Shown: positions 27,342 through 37,735 of the stretch, piece by piece
Position numbering within the stretch: the stretch's first letter is position 1
Layout of the letters: each line of letters starts with the position of its first letter
Notes under the pieces: generated by a model
Seen by the model: only the letters and a program-made list of their open reading frames with translations
What the model was told of the DNA's origin: nothing
Databases searched by the model: none
Program-made: the position numbers and the translations under genes
Source of the DNA: Candidatus Melainabacteria bacterium 17Bon1m
Lineage (GTDB): Bacteria > Cyanobacteriota > Vampirovibrionia > Obscuribacterales > Obscuribacteraceae
NCBI GenBank assembly: GCA_032128875.1
Contig: JAVLKG010000002.1
Location: 704,001 to 768,000 of the forward strand
Reading direction: 5' to 3'
Length of the DNA stretch: 64,000 nucleotides

Positions 27342-28394
27342 TTACCTATCTGTCTTGGGAAGCACTTCACTCTTCACGGCTTCGACAAAGGTTGCAATGT
27401 CTTTTTCGTCCCAAGATTCGTAGAACTTCCCGTTTGTCGTTTCCGCAAGACGAGTTAACTGTTCTCTTGCTTGGATACCGTCGGCACTTTTCTTAAGTCC
27501 TATACCGATGCAGAAGAATCTTAGATCTTGGAGGTTCTTCGACACTTGCCTCACGTACGCTACAGGATTTCCGCCGCACGTATCAGCCGAATCAGCAACA
27601 ATCAGAATGTTTTTTCTTCCAGTAAAACGACTTGTATCCAGCTCTACGGCGCGCCGAATTGCATATTCTAGTGGTGAGAGTCCGCCGACACTGAGGCTCC
27701 GCGTAAATATGGCAACGTCTCTTCGATTTTCTTTTGCGGGTGGAATGACCAGTTTTGATTGTTTGCAGTCTGAAAAGGGGTCGGCTAAATATTCGTTTCC
27801 ATAGACCCTCAGACCCAAGTAAGTCGACTTTGGAAACTTAACCGCGAGTTGAAAAAGCACATTCTTGGCTAAATCCATCTTGGAGATTTTTCTTGATGCT
27901 GCCACTTCCACTGCGGTTAGTCCTGGCGGATTGAGTTTTGTCGCCATGCTGGAAGAACAATCAACCATCACAAGCAGGACGTCCGCGTCTATTGGTTGTT
28001 TACTTGCCTCCTGGTACATTACTTCCAGGTCTGAAAGATTCATCTCAGAATTTTTTGCTGACTCTTTAGTGCCGACTTGTAGCATTCTTGAATTGAATTT
28101 CCCGTCGTTCTTCGTCCTTCTCTCTTCGGTTTTTACACTTAAATATTGGACGATGTTCAGCCTGTCGAGCAGTGACATCGAAGAGTCTCTTTTGACTCCG
28201 GGCAAAAATAGAAGCTCAAGTCTCTTCACTCTGGTTTCGGCAGTATCAGCTGCGAAATCTCTTCGAAACACCTTTGTTTCAAGATTCGATAGCTGACTTT
28301 CTAGCTCATCCGCAAATACGCTGGTGAATGAAGTTAGCAAAAACGCTACTAGTACGAAGAGCCACGTGCGTCGGATCTTCGATATGTTCTTCAT
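27342..28394 (-). CDS. secreted vWA-domain protein
   Basis: Signal peptide; DCSSSM MIDAS, GLRVYG, GGLSPL, IVADSADTCGGNP, LAETTNGKFY. Confidence 0.85.
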   Translation of the reverse strand: MKNISKIRRTWLFVLVAFLLTSFTSVFADELESQLSNLETKVFRRDFAADTAETRVKRLELLFLPGVKRDSSMSLLDRLNIVQYLSVKTEERRTKNDGKFNSRMLQVGTKESAKNSEMNLSDLEVMYQEASKQPIDADVLLVMVDCSSSMATKLNPPGLTAVEVAASRKISKMDLAKNVLFQLAVKFPKSTYLGLRVYGNEYLADPFSDCKQSKLVIPPAKENRRDVAIFTRSLSVGGLSPLEYAIRRAVELDTSRFTGRKNILIVADSADTCGGNPVAYVRQVSKNLQDLRFFCIGIGLKKSADGIQAREQLTRLAETTNGKFYESWDEKDIATFVEAVKSEVLPKTDR

Positions 28395-28395
28395 C

Positions 28396-30030
28396 TTATG
28401 CGTCTGGCATAACTGAGTGGACGCACGTTACGGCGAGCGAGCCGTCACCAACTGCAAAGCCAACTCGTTTTGTAGATCCGGAGCGAATATCTCCAGCTGC
28501 AAGCAAGCGAGGTACTGATGTTTCTAAAGCGCATGGCATACGATCTTTCAGAGGCCACTTGCCTGATTGTCCAGCATCTGAGCCAGTCAGGATAAATCCG
28601 TTTTCGTCACGCGCAACATCGTCCGGCAGCCATGTAGCTCCTGGCTCTGCGCCGATGAAGACGAAGACCGCTTTCACATCGAGCTTGCTTTCCTTGCCGT
28701 CTTTGTCGACTAAATCGACGTTATCGATTAAGTATTCGCCACCATTGACTCTCGAGATTCTGGCGTTCTCGTGGACTTTTATATTTTTTGTTGCGTGAAT
28801 TCGTTGGCAAAGATACTCGGACATGCTCGGTCCGAACTTTCCACGGCAAAGCACATGCACAGTCCTGGAAGGACAGCATTCCGCGAGATACATAGCTGCT
28901 TGTCCTGCTGAGTTGCCAGCGCCGACAACTGCGACATCCTGTGTATCGTGAAGCATCACCTCTACGTTCGTACACGCGTAATAGACGCCCGCACGCTCAT
29001 AATTTGCTGCATTGATTGCGTCAAGTTTTCTCCACGTCACGCCAGTTGCGATGAGCACTGTCTTTGCAGCGATTACTGCGCCGCAATCTAGAATGAGCTC
29101 GTGAGGATCTCTTGCTGTCTTACCTGCTCTGAATTGTTCTACACGGGTTGGCGCGATTAATTGCGCACCAAATTTGACCATTTGCAAAACACCGCGCATA
29201 GCCAATTCTGTTCCCGACAATCCGGACGGGAAGCCGATGAAGTTTTCAATTTTGGAAGAGCCACCGGCTTGCCCGCCTGGTCCGAGCTTATCCAAGACGA
29301 GGGTGTTCAAGCCTTCAGAAGCGGCATAAACAGCTGCTGCAAGACCCGCAGGACCGGCGCCGACAATAGCCAAATCAACACTCTGGCTTGGGCATTCATG
29401 CCAAAGACCGCACTCGTGTGCCATTTCTTGAATGTCGGGGCGAACCAAAATACTGCCGTCTGGCTTTTGAACAATTGGGAATTCACCAAATCGCTGGATG
29501 GCGGCCTTGCCGATATCGGAGTCTTTGTCGTACCAGGTGAAGGGCACAAAATTTTTGTGCATGAATTCCCGCAAGAGCGTGGTATCACTGCAAAGTCCAC
29601 AGCCAATAACCTTAAAGCCGATCTTGCCGGTTTGATTCAACAGCTCTCTGCGCATCTGAAACGCGACTAACAGTTTTTCCGAGAGATGCGGAATTTTGAT
29701 CATCACTTCTTTAAGACGATCACGGTGCACGCGCAACAAGTGAGTTTTTCCGCGGGCAATGCCTGTGACTATAGGGGGACGGCGGATGATCATGTCGATA
29801 TCGCCAGAAAATCCACCAACTTCATGAACCGCGACGACTTTGTGGTCATCGCTGGGATTTTGAATTTCGAGGGCGCCCGACTTAACGACGAAAAGATCAG
29901 CATCGGCTTGTCCAGCTCGGAAAGCTTGTTCGCCATCTTCCAGGTAAGTGCAAACTGCCATTGGTTCTAGCAGGCGCAGTTCTTCTTCGGTTAATTTGGG
30001 AAATGCATGTTCTAGAGTCGCGGTAACCAT
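28396..30030 (-). CDS. cNMP-binding domain + thioredoxin reductase-like flavoprotein
   Basis: N-terminal CAP/cNMP domain; GAGPAG, GGQAGGSSKIENFIGFPSG, GAGNSAGQAA, AAGDIRSGSTKRVGFAVGDG. Confidence 0.9.
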   Translation of the reverse strand: MVTATLEHAFPKLTEEELRLLEPMAVCTYLEDGEQAFRAGQADADLFVVKSGALEIQNPSDDHKVVAVHEVGGFSGDIDMIIRRPPIVTGIARGKTHLLRVHRDRLKEVMIKIPHLSEKLLVAFQMRRELLNQTGKIGFKVIGCGLCSDTTLLREFMHKNFVPFTWYDKDSDIGKAAIQRFGEFPIVQKPDGSILVRPDIQEMAHECGLWHECPSQSVDLAIVGAGPAGLAAAVYAASEGLNTLVLDKLGPGGQAGGSSKIENFIGFPSGLSGTELAMRGVLQMVKFGAQLIAPTRVEQFRAGKTARDPHELILDCGAVIAAKTVLIATGVTWRKLDAINAANYERAGVYYACTNVEVMLHDTQDVAVVGAGNSAGQAAMYLAECCPSRTVHVLCRGKFGPSMSEYLCQRIHATKNIKVHENARISRVNGGEYLIDNVDLVDKDGKESKLDVKAVFVFIGAEPGATWLPDDVARDENGFILTGSDAGQSGKWPLKDRMPCALETSVPRLLAAGDIRSGSTKRVGFAVGDGSLAVTCVHSVMPDA

Positions 30031-30341
30031 GGTTTCACCCCAAAGGCAGTGGACGCGGCGTGTACATTTGCCGTCAGGAGGCTTTCTAGCCGCGCATCAT
30101 TCAGCATTATGACAGACCTGGCGCCGCACCGTACGGACCTTTAAGTATCCTATTGGTTACTTGAATGCTGCCGCTCACCTGTGCGTTTGCCGAACGTACG
30201 TTGATTATGTGGCTGTTATTGGAATTTCTGGTGCTTTTGTTGCTCAAAAGCTTCTCTTGATAAGTAGATGTCTCACGCATCTCTAGTTATGATATGGAGC
30301 TGTCTTTGTGTATTTTTGAACGTCATATCAGGAGATATCGC

Positions 30342-31994
30342 ATGCTCAGTCCGTTAGCAGGCAAGCCCGCCCCTCGCGAATTGCTCGTCAATGTGCCCCG
30401 CCTCATTACCACTTATTACAGTGAAAAGCCGGATGTTAACGTCGCGAGCGAGAAGGTGGCGTTTGGAACCTCCGGACACCGCGGATCAGCATTCAAACGC
30501 GCATTTAATGAGGAGCATATTTTGGCGATTACGCAGGCTATCTGCGTTTATCGCAAAGAGCAGGGCATTACCGGGCCGCTTTATTTGGGCATCGATACGC
30601 ACGCTTTGTCAGAACCTGCTTTCGCCAGCGCGTTGGAAGTGCTTGCTGCCAACGAAGTCAACGTCATGATCGACAAAGATCTCGGCTATACTCCAACGCC
30701 CGCAATCTCGTTGGCGATTTTAGCCTACAACAAAGGGCGTACAAGCGGTTTGGCTGACGGCATTGTGGTGACTCCTTCACACAATCCTCCGCAAGATGGC
30801 GGATTTAAGTACAATCCGCCCAACGGTGGCCCCGCTGACACGAACATTACCGGCTGGATTGAGAAGAAGGCTAACGAGTATCTTTCAAAAGATCTGGCTG
30901 GTGTAAAACGGGTTGGCTTCCGCCAAGCAATGGCTGCCGCCACGACACACAAGTTTGACTACACAGACCTGTACGTGCGCGAACTTGCTTCTGTTGTCGA
31001 CCTCCAGGCGATTCAAAAGTCTGGTATCAAAGCCGGTGTTGACCCGCTCGGCGGCGCAGGCGTGCACTACTGGGAAAAGCTGATCGAAGTGCATAAACTT
31101 CCGATCGAGGTCGTCAACCATGTTGTTGACCCCACATTCTCATTCATGACTGTCGATTGGGACGGTAAGATTCGCATGGATTGTTCATCACCATATGCGA
31201 TGGCAGGATTGATCCAGCACAGCAAGCGCTTTGACATTGCTTTTGCAAATGATACCGATCACGATCGTCATGGTATCGTCACGCCCAATGGTTTGATGAA
31301 CCCCAACCATTTTCTCTCTGTGGCAATCGATTATCTCTTCCAAAACAGAAAAGAGTGGAGCAAAGACGCTGCCATCGGAAAGACGGTCGTAAGCACAAGC
31401 CTTATCGATCGTATTGCGCAGCGATTGGGAAGAAAACTTGTTGAAGTGCCGGTTGGATTCAAGTGGTTTGTCGATGGCTTAATTGACGGATCGTTCGGGT
31501 TTGGCGGTGAGGAAAGTGCAGGAGCGTGCTTCCTTCGCATGGATGGAAGCGTCTGGACTACGGATAAGGACGGCATCATTCTCGCGCTGCTGGCTGCAGA
31601 GATCACTGCAGTTACGGGCAAAGATCCGGGCAAGCACTACGAAGCTCTGACAAAGGAATTCGGCAATCCTTATTACGCGAGAATCGACGCCCCTGCAACT
31701 CCGGATCAAAAGGCGAAATTGAAAAAGCTTTCACCAGATGATGTTAAAGCCAAAGAGTTCGCAGGAGAGCCTATTGTCGGCAAGTTTACCGCTGCGCCAG
31801 GCAACAATGAAGACATTGGCGGTCTGAAAGTGACTACGGAAAACGGCTGGTTTGCAGCTCGTCCTTCCGGAACTGAAGATGTGTATAAGATTTACGCAGA
31901 GAGCTTTAAGAGTGAAGAACATTTGAAGCAAATTCAGTCTGAAGCTCAAGAACTTGTGACGCAGGTCTTGTCCCCCACAGCACAAAAAGCCTGA
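30342..31994 (+). CDS. pgm: phosphoglucomutase (alpha-D-glucose-1,6-bisphosphate-dependent)
   Basis: [44 protein letters not shown]. Confidence 0.96.
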   Translation: MLSPLAGKPAPRELLVNVPRLITTYYSEKPDVNVASEKVAFGTSGHRGSAFKRAFNEEHILAITQAICVYRKEQGITGPLYLGIDTHALSEPAFASALEVLAANEVNVMIDKDLGYTPTPAISLAILAYNKGRTSGLADGIVVTPSHNPPQDGGFKYNPPNGGPADTNITGWIEKKANEYLSKDLAGVKRVGFRQAMAAATTHKFDYTDLYVRELASVVDLQAIQKSGIKAGVDPLGGAGVHYWEKLIEVHKLPIEVVNHVVDPTFSFMTVDWDGKIRMDCSSPYAMAGLIQHSKRFDIAFANDTDHDRHGIVTPNGLMNPNHFLSVAIDYLFQNRKEWSKDAAIGKTVVSTSLIDRIAQRLGRKLVEVPVGFKWFVDGLIDGSFGFGGEESAGACFLRMDGSVWTTDKDGIILALLAAEITAVTGKDPGKHYEALTKEFGNPYYARIDAPATPDQKAKLKKLSPDDVKAKEFAGEPIVGKFTAAPGNNEDIGGLKVTTENGWFAARPSGTEDVYKIYAESFKSEEHLKQIQSEAQELVTQVLSPTAQKA

Positions 31995-32009
31995 GCGCTT
32001 CATCTAAAT

Positions 32010-32040
32010 CCGAGTGTTCTTCTATATAGAAGTACCTCGG
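32010..32040 (+). terminator. hairpin downstream of pgm (possible terminator)
   Basis: CCGAG...CTTCTATATAGAAG...CTCGG inverted repeat; weak U tract. Confidence 0.4.
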
Positions 32041-32160
32041 TATGAATATTAAATCTCTAAGCTCCGAGATTCCTAAACCTGGAACCCTCGGGGCTTTTTG
32101 TAGTCTACTTCGCAGAAGCCAGCACAGGGGGTAATCCCCAGGGTTAAGGGGTTGATGACC

Positions 32161-33861
32161 ATGGGAATTAAGCTCGATCCGCAATACCTCAAGAGGTATA
32201 AGGAAATCGCGGGATTGTTGATGAAGTACGGCAATTCCGACCTGGTGAAAAATGCCGGCTTAGAAGAAGCATTAAAGGACGATGAAAACCTTTCAAAGCA
32301 AGTGAAGGGTACTGCTGAAGAGTTGGCTGCCGATCTGGAGAGACTGGGTCCTGCTTATGTAAAACTCGGTCAGATCCTCTCGACTCGTGGCGATCTTTTG
32401 CCGCCACCGTATTTGCTCGCGTTATCCAGACTGCAGGATAATTGCGAGCCCTTTAGCTTTGCCGAAGTAGAGAAAATCATTGTAAGCGAACTCGGAGTCA
32501 AAATCTCGAAGGCGTTTTCTGAGTTCAATTCCGAACCTCTGGCTGCCGCTTCTCTTGGGCAAATTCACAAAGCAAAAATGCGCGATGGCCGCGAAGTGGC
32601 AGTGAAGGTCCAGAGACCCTGCATTCGCGAACAAATACTGCAAGATCTTGAAATATTCGCTGACGTCGCCGAATTCTACGTTCTCCATACGGAGTTAGGA
32701 AAGAAGTACGAATTCGATGTGATGGTTGATGAGTTTCGCAAGTCGCTTTTGGGCGAACTCGACTATCGACAAGAAGCGCAGAATCTGGAAACTCTAAGAC
32801 GCATCGTTGAAGAGTTCGAAATGATTAAGGTGCCTTTTGCGATTGACGCTTTCACCACGACGAAAGTGTTGACGATGGAATTTATCAAAGGGAAGAAAGT
32901 TACAGACATAACTAACCTTGAACGGACCGAATTGAATGGAACTCCGCTTGCCGAGCAAATCTTCGCAGCGTATTTGAAGCAGATTCTCGTTGCAGGCTTT
33001 TTTCATGCGGATCCCCATCCGGGCAACGTTCTTCTAACTGAGGATGAAAAGCAAATTGCCCTAATCGATCTGGGTATGGTCGCACGTCTTACTCCAAGAA
33101 TTCAAAAGCAATTGCTGCAGCTCGTTATCGCGATTAGTGAAGGCCGCGCGGATTCAGTCGCCAATATTGCAGTCGAAATTGGAGAGCCCAAACCTAAATT
33201 TGACGAGATTCAATTCCGTCACAAAGTTTCTGAACTGGTTCAAACCGACCTTGATGCAAACATCGCCCGGATGAAGGTTGGACACGTTATCGTGGGTATT
33301 ACGAAAGCGGCTGGTGAAACAGGTATCCGAGTACCAGCTGAATTGACAATGCTTGGCAAAGCGATGCTTCACCTTGATGAAGTTGGCCGTTCGTTGGATC
33401 CTAACTTTGATCCAAACGCTTCAGTGCGGAGAAACGCAGGGCACATTCTCGAGCAGCGTTTGGTCAACGAAATCTCTCCCGGAAACTTGCTTAACACCTT
33501 AATCGAAGCAAAAGATGGGTTTGAAAAATTCCCTCGGAATATTAATAAGATCATGGATCTGGTCGCACAGAATCAATTGTCAGTGAAAGTTATCGACGAG
33601 CCGCTTCTGGTTGACTCGTTTCAAAAGGTCGCCAACAGAATCACCCTCGGTCTGGTTCTCGCTGCTTTGATTATCGGAGCTTCTAATTTGATGAAAGTTC
33701 CTAGTGGCTTTACTCTGTTTGGTTATCCTGGATTGGCAATTCTTCTCTTTCTGATGGCTGCTGGTGGCGGTTTTGCCCTGGCAATTCAGATTGCCTTCTA
33801 CGACCAAAAACCGCAAAAACTCGGTGATCCTGACGTGGTTAGCCCGCTGGTCCGGCGCTAG
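32161..33861 (+). CDS. ABC1/UbiB (AarF) family atypical kinase
   Basis: VKLGQILSTR, AAASLGQIH, VAVKVQRP, ELDYRQEA, FHADPHPGN, IDLGM; C-terminal TMs. Confidence 0.92.
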   Translation: MGIKLDPQYLKRYKEIAGLLMKYGNSDLVKNAGLEEALKDDENLSKQVKGTAEELAADLERLGPAYVKLGQILSTRGDLLPPPYLLALSRLQDNCEPFSFAEVEKIIVSELGVKISKAFSEFNSEPLAAASLGQIHKAKMRDGREVAVKVQRPCIREQILQDLEIFADVAEFYVLHTELGKKYEFDVMVDEFRKSLLGELDYRQEAQNLETLRRIVEEFEMIKVPFAIDAFTTTKVLTMEFIKGKKVTDITNLERTELNGTPLAEQIFAAYLKQILVAGFFHADPHPGNVLLTEDEKQIALIDLGMVARLTPRIQKQLLQLVIAISEGRADSVANIAVEIGEPKPKFDEIQFRHKVSELVQTDLDANIARMKVGHVIVGITKAAGETGIRVPAELTMLGKAMLHLDEVGRSLDPNFDPNASVRRNAGHILEQRLVNEISPGNLLNTLIEAKDGFEKFPRNINKIMDLVAQNQLSVKVIDEPLLVDSFQKVANRITLGLVLAALIIGASNLMKVPSGFTLFGYPGLAILLFLMAAGGGFALAIQIAFYDQKPQKLGDPDVVSPLVRR

Positions 33862-33980
33862 AATAGTTTGGTTTAGTCGTCGCAAGAACGCTTAATTAAT
33901 GGAATGAAACTTCAAGCAATGCTCTATCCTTGTTTGCACGAATGCACCTATAGAAAACGAAGTGTGTGTAAGGAGGAGTG

Positions 33981-34469
33981 ATGACAGCAGATGTTTACGA
34001 ATTCACTGCGAAATCCTTGGACGGCAAGGATATTGATCTGGCGCAGTACAAGGGCGATGTACTCCTGATTGTCAACACTGCAAGTCAGTGCGGCTTTACC
34101 GGACAATATGCAGGTTTGGAAGAACTGCATAAAACGTATGCCGGAAAAGGACTCAAGGTTCTTGGCTTTCCTTGCAATCAGTTCGGTGCTCAAGAGCCTG
34201 GCGGTTCTTCTGAAATTGGCGCTTTCTGCCAGAAGAATTATGGCGTCGAGTTTCAGATGTTTGAGAAAATTGATGTTAATGGCAATGATGCGCACCCTTT
34301 GTACAAATATTTGACCTCATCCGCGCCGGGTGTTCTTGGTACGGAAAACATCAAATGGAATTTCACGAAGTTTTTGGTTGGGCGAGATGGCAAAGTGTTT
34401 AAGCGCTACGCTCCGCAAGTCGAACCCAAGGATATGGGCAAAGATATTGAGCAACTGCTGGCGAAGTAG
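33981..34469 (+). CDS. btuE: glutathione peroxidase (Cys-type)
   Basis: AAGGAGG RBS; VNTASQCGFT, LGFPCNQFGAQEPG, IKWNFTKFLV. Confidence 0.93.
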   Translation: MTADVYEFTAKSLDGKDIDLAQYKGDVLLIVNTASQCGFTGQYAGLEELHKTYAGKGLKVLGFPCNQFGAQEPGGSSEIGAFCQKNYGVEFQMFEKIDVNGNDAHPLYKYLTSSAPGVLGTENIKWNFTKFLVGRDGKVFKRYAPQVEPKDMGKDIEQLLAK

Positions 34470-34533
34470 TTGCTAACGGTCTGCCTGTAGATTTAGCTGT
34501 TGTCAGAATCAAGAGCAAAGCGTTTTGTCACTG

Positions 34534-35712
34534 CTATTTGTGCAGTTTGTCCACAAACTTGCGCATTCTTGCAAGTGCCAGTTCTATTTTATCTACACTG
34601 GTGGCATAAGAGCAACGAATGTGTCCATCTCCTCCGGCACCAAAAGCGGTGCCGGGAACAACCGCGACGCGTTCTTCCAGCAGCAGTCTTTCTGCGAATT
34701 GCTCTGCCGTGAGTCCGGTGGATTCGATCGACGGGAATGCGTAGAAGGCTCCGAGCGGCATATGGCACGTCAAGCCAAGTTTATTCAAGCCGTCCACAAT
34801 CAATCGACGCCTTTGTCTGTAGTGAGCGACCATGTCTTCGACTTCTCTTTCTGCATGCTTGAGCGCTTCCACCGCAGCAATCTGTCCAGTTATTGGCGCG
34901 CACAACATTGTGTAGGAGTGAATCTTCATCATCATTTTAAGAATGTGCTCTGGTGCACAGGCGTATGCAATTCTCCACCCGGTCATTGCATGTGCTTTAG
35001 AAAAACCATTTAGAAGAATGGTGATTTCTCTTGCCCCCGGCACAGATGCGACGCAAGTGTGAATCCCTTCGTAAGTCAAGCGGTCGTAGATTTCGTCGGA
35101 TATGACATACAATCCACGTTCTCGTGCGAAATTGATAATCTCGACGATTTGCTCTTTGCTGAGAACTGCTCCCGTGGGATTTGACGGATAACCTAAAAGA
35201 ATGGCTTTGGTGCGCTCTGTACATGCGGCTTTCAATTGTTCGGCCGTAACTGCGAATTTTGCGTCAGAACGTGTCTCGACTCCAACAGGAATACCACCAG
35301 CAAGAGAAACACATGGACGATAAGACACATAGCATGGCTCAGGAATCAGGACTTCGTCGCCAGGATTCAGCAAGACACGCATCGCTAAATCGAGTCCTTC
35401 CGACACGCCTACTGTGACGAGAATTTCCCCTTCAGGGTTGTATTCGATTTTATAGCGCTTACTGAGATAGCGTGAAATTTCCCTGCGCAACTCCAGCAGA
35501 CCATAGTTGGACGTGTACGTTGTTTGTCCTCGCTCTAATGAGTAAATAGCAGCTTCGCGGACTGACCAAGGCGTTACAAAATCCGGTTCACCGACGCCGA
35601 GCGATACTACATCCTGCATCGATGCAGCTATATCGAAAAATCTTCTGATTCCTGAAAAAGGAACCTCGAGTGCTTTCTTAGAAAGAGGTTTGAGCGAAAG
35701 ACTCTGGCTCAT
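34534..35712 (-). CDS. PLP-dependent aminotransferase class I/II (YugH/AlaT-like)
   Basis: SGIRRFFD, LGVGEPDF, PSNPTG, SDEIY, NGFSKAHAMTGWRI. Confidence 0.93.
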   Translation of the reverse strand: MSQSLSLKPLSKKALEVPFSGIRRFFDIAASMQDVVSLGVGEPDFVTPWSVREAAIYSLERGQTTYTSNYGLLELRREISRYLSKRYKIEYNPEGEILVTVGVSEGLDLAMRVLLNPGDEVLIPEPCYVSYRPCVSLAGGIPVGVETRSDAKFAVTAEQLKAACTERTKAILLGYPSNPTGAVLSKEQIVEIINFARERGLYVISDEIYDRLTYEGIHTCVASVPGAREITILLNGFSKAHAMTGWRIAYACAPEHILKMMMKIHSYTMLCAPITGQIAAVEALKHAEREVEDMVAHYRQRRRLIVDGLNKLGLTCHMPLGAFYAFPSIESTGLTAEQFAERLLLEERVAVVPGTAFGAGGDGHIRCSYATSVDKIELALARMRKFVDKLHK

Positions 35713-35719
35713 GTATCAC

Positions 35720-36214
35720 CTAAGGCGAAACTACAAGTCTTTGATCTTGTTCTGAATCAAAAAACAACGCACCATCTTCTTTGTATCGTTTCAAGAGAAA
35801 GTGAGATGTGGTACCGGTAACACCGTCAATGGTGGCAAGCTTCTCGGCAACGAAGGTGGCCAGTTCGCGAAGGTTTGGTGCTTCGACAACAACGCGCAAA
35901 TCGCTGCCGCCAGAAACCAACCAGACACTTTGCACTTGTGCGAAGCGTGCAATTCGGCAAGCTATAGCATCAAATCCTACATCGCGAGCAGGGGTGACTT
36001 TCACATCGATGAATGCGACTACCTTTTCACAACCGGTTTTTTCCCAGTCGATGACGGTGTAATAAGTTTTGATGACACCGCTCTGTTCGTATTCGCGAAC
36101 CGTTTTTTCGACATCTTGCACTGACTTTCCGGTCATCTTCGCGATTGTGTCGAAAGACGTGCGCGCATCTCTTGCGAGGATAGTTAGAATTTCGTCTGGA
36201 ACTTCGTTTGGCAT
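35720..36214 (-). CDS. Lrp/AsnC family transcriptional regulator (YugG/AlaR-like)
   Basis: N-terminal HTH, IDWEK, GFDAIA.RIA, FVAEKLATIDGV..T.SHFLLKRYK; paired with the aminotransferase. Confidence 0.9.
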   Translation of the reverse strand: MPNEVPDEILTILARDARTSFDTIAKMTGKSVQDVEKTVREYEQSGVIKTYYTVIDWEKTGCEKVVAFIDVKVTPARDVGFDAIACRIARFAQVQSVWLVSGGSDLRVVVEAPNLRELATFVAEKLATIDGVTGTTSHFLLKRYKEDGALFFDSEQDQRLVVSP

Positions 36215-36340
36215 GCGGGAAGTCTACCATAAGGTATTGCGCTGCAGGGTTGTGAAGAGACTGCTAAAATCATTAGTGCGTTCATCTGAAAAGTGCCAAA
36301 TTTGGACTGTTCCTCCAGTCTTGGTTTCTGGTGAGGTTTT

Positions 36341-36964
36341 GTGGAAAACGAGCAAGAGCAAATAAGCAGTGCTGCTTCCCGGGGGCAGGTCTATACCATA
36401 GGACATTCCAATCACTCAATTGAAACCTTTCTTGAGCTTCTTGAAAGATATGAGATTGAAGTGTTGGTAGATGTTCGAACCAATCCGTTTTCGCGTTTTT
36501 CTCGCCAATTTAGTCATGATCCGCTTAAGTCTGCCATTCAAGATGCTGGTCTGAAGTATCTGCATTTGGGTAAAGAATTGGGCGGCAAGCCAAAAGAACC
36601 GGAGTTTTATGATGCCGAGGGGCACATTGATTATGCTCGCATTGCACAATCTCAGAGGTTTTCCGAAGGCATTGAGCGGCTTACGGCAGGGTGCGCAAAG
36701 TACCGCGTCGTGATTATGTGCGCCGAGGAGAACCCCTCTGAGTGTCATAGAAGACGCTTGATTGGACCAGTTCTTGCGCAGCATGGCATTGAAGAAATGC
36801 ACATTAGGGGCAATGGAGAGCTGATTTTGGAAAGCGAGCTAAAGCAAGATGAGGACGACCTTTCCAAGGACTCCGAGCAGCTTACATTGTTCGCCCAGCC
36901 AGCTCCTCAAAGGCCGTGGCGCTCATTGCGCCCAGTGAAAGGCAAGCGTATGACCGAGGATTGA
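36341..36964 (+). CDS. DUF488 family protein
   Basis: YTIGHSNH, LVDVRTNPFSR, ELGG, MCAEENPSECHRR. Confidence 0.9.
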   Translation: MENEQEQISSAASRGQVYTIGHSNHSIETFLELLERYEIEVLVDVRTNPFSRFSRQFSHDPLKSAIQDAGLKYLHLGKELGGKPKEPEFYDAEGHIDYARIAQSQRFSEGIERLTAGCAKYRVVIMCAEENPSECHRRRLIGPVLAQHGIEEMHIRGNGELILESELKQDEDDLSKDSEQLTLFAQPAPQRPWRSLRPVKGKRMTED

Positions 36965-36970
36965 GGCGGC

Positions 36971-37687
36971 ATGTCTGTTACATCTGAAATTGAATGGACC
37001 GATGCGACCTGGAATCCGGTGACCGGTTGCACAAAAATCAGCCCCGGCTGCGCGAATTGCTATGCCGAGACATTTGCCGAGCGTTTTCGCGGTGTTCCAG
37101 GACATCCATATGAGCAGGGGTTCGACTTACGTATGTGGCCTGACCGGCTTGTTTTGCCACTTTCCTGGAAAAGGCCGAAGCGTATTTTTGTGAACTCCAT
37201 GAGCGATTTGTTTCACAAAGACGTCCCGGTCGAGTACGTGAAGCAGGTGTTTGAGGTGATGAAAAAGGCTGATTGGCATCAGTTTCAGATCCTGACTAAG
37301 CGCCACGAGCGACTTTTAGAATTGAGCCCGCAATTGGAATGGGCGCCGAACATTTGGATGGGGGTGAGTGTCGAGAGCAAGGACTATGTTCACCGCATCG
37401 ACTATCTGCGGCAAACTGGTGCTCATATCAAGTTTTTGTCGGTTGAACCGCTGCTCGGCCCCATTGACGATATGAATCTCGAAGGCATCGATTGGGTGAT
37501 TGTGGGCGGTGAATCCGGGCGCCGCGTAAGACCGTTACAGCCTGAGTGGGTTGGGCTTATTCGCGATCAGTGTCAATCAGCCGGTGTTGCTTTCTTCTTC
37601 AAACAATGGGGTGGTCATAATAAGAAGAAGGCGGGGCGAATTTTTGAAGGGCGCACTTGGGATGATATGCCGAGCAGGACTCGATGA
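36971..37687 (+). CDS. DUF5131 (phage Gp37/Gp68-like) three-Cys radical-SAM-like protein
   Basis: IEWTDATWNPVTGCTKISPGCANCYA, FVNSMSDLFH, LTKR, SVEPLL, WVIVGGESG, FFFKQWGG. Confidence 0.93.
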   Translation: MSVTSEIEWTDATWNPVTGCTKISPGCANCYAETFAERFRGVPGHPYEQGFDLRMWPDRLVLPLSWKRPKRIFVNSMSDLFHKDVPVEYVKQVFEVMKKADWHQFQILTKRHERLLELSPQLEWAPNIWMGVSVESKDYVHRIDYLRQTGAHIKFLSVEPLLGPIDDMNLEGIDWVIVGGESGRRVRPLQPEWVGLIRDQCQSAGVAFFFKQWGGHNKKKAGRIFEGRTWDDMPSRTR

Positions 37688-37735
37688 TATGCTTTACGGT
37701 CGGCGCCTCGTTGTAAAACTTTGCGGAGAGACTAT

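Noticed and set aside
33981-34469. Selenocysteine glutathione peroxidase
   Set aside because: The active-site codon is TGC (Cys) and there is no in-frame TGA.
36971-37687. Prophage, suggested by the 'phage Gp37/Gp68' family name
   Set aside because: No integrase, structural, replication or lysis genes nearby; the flanks are housekeeping genes.
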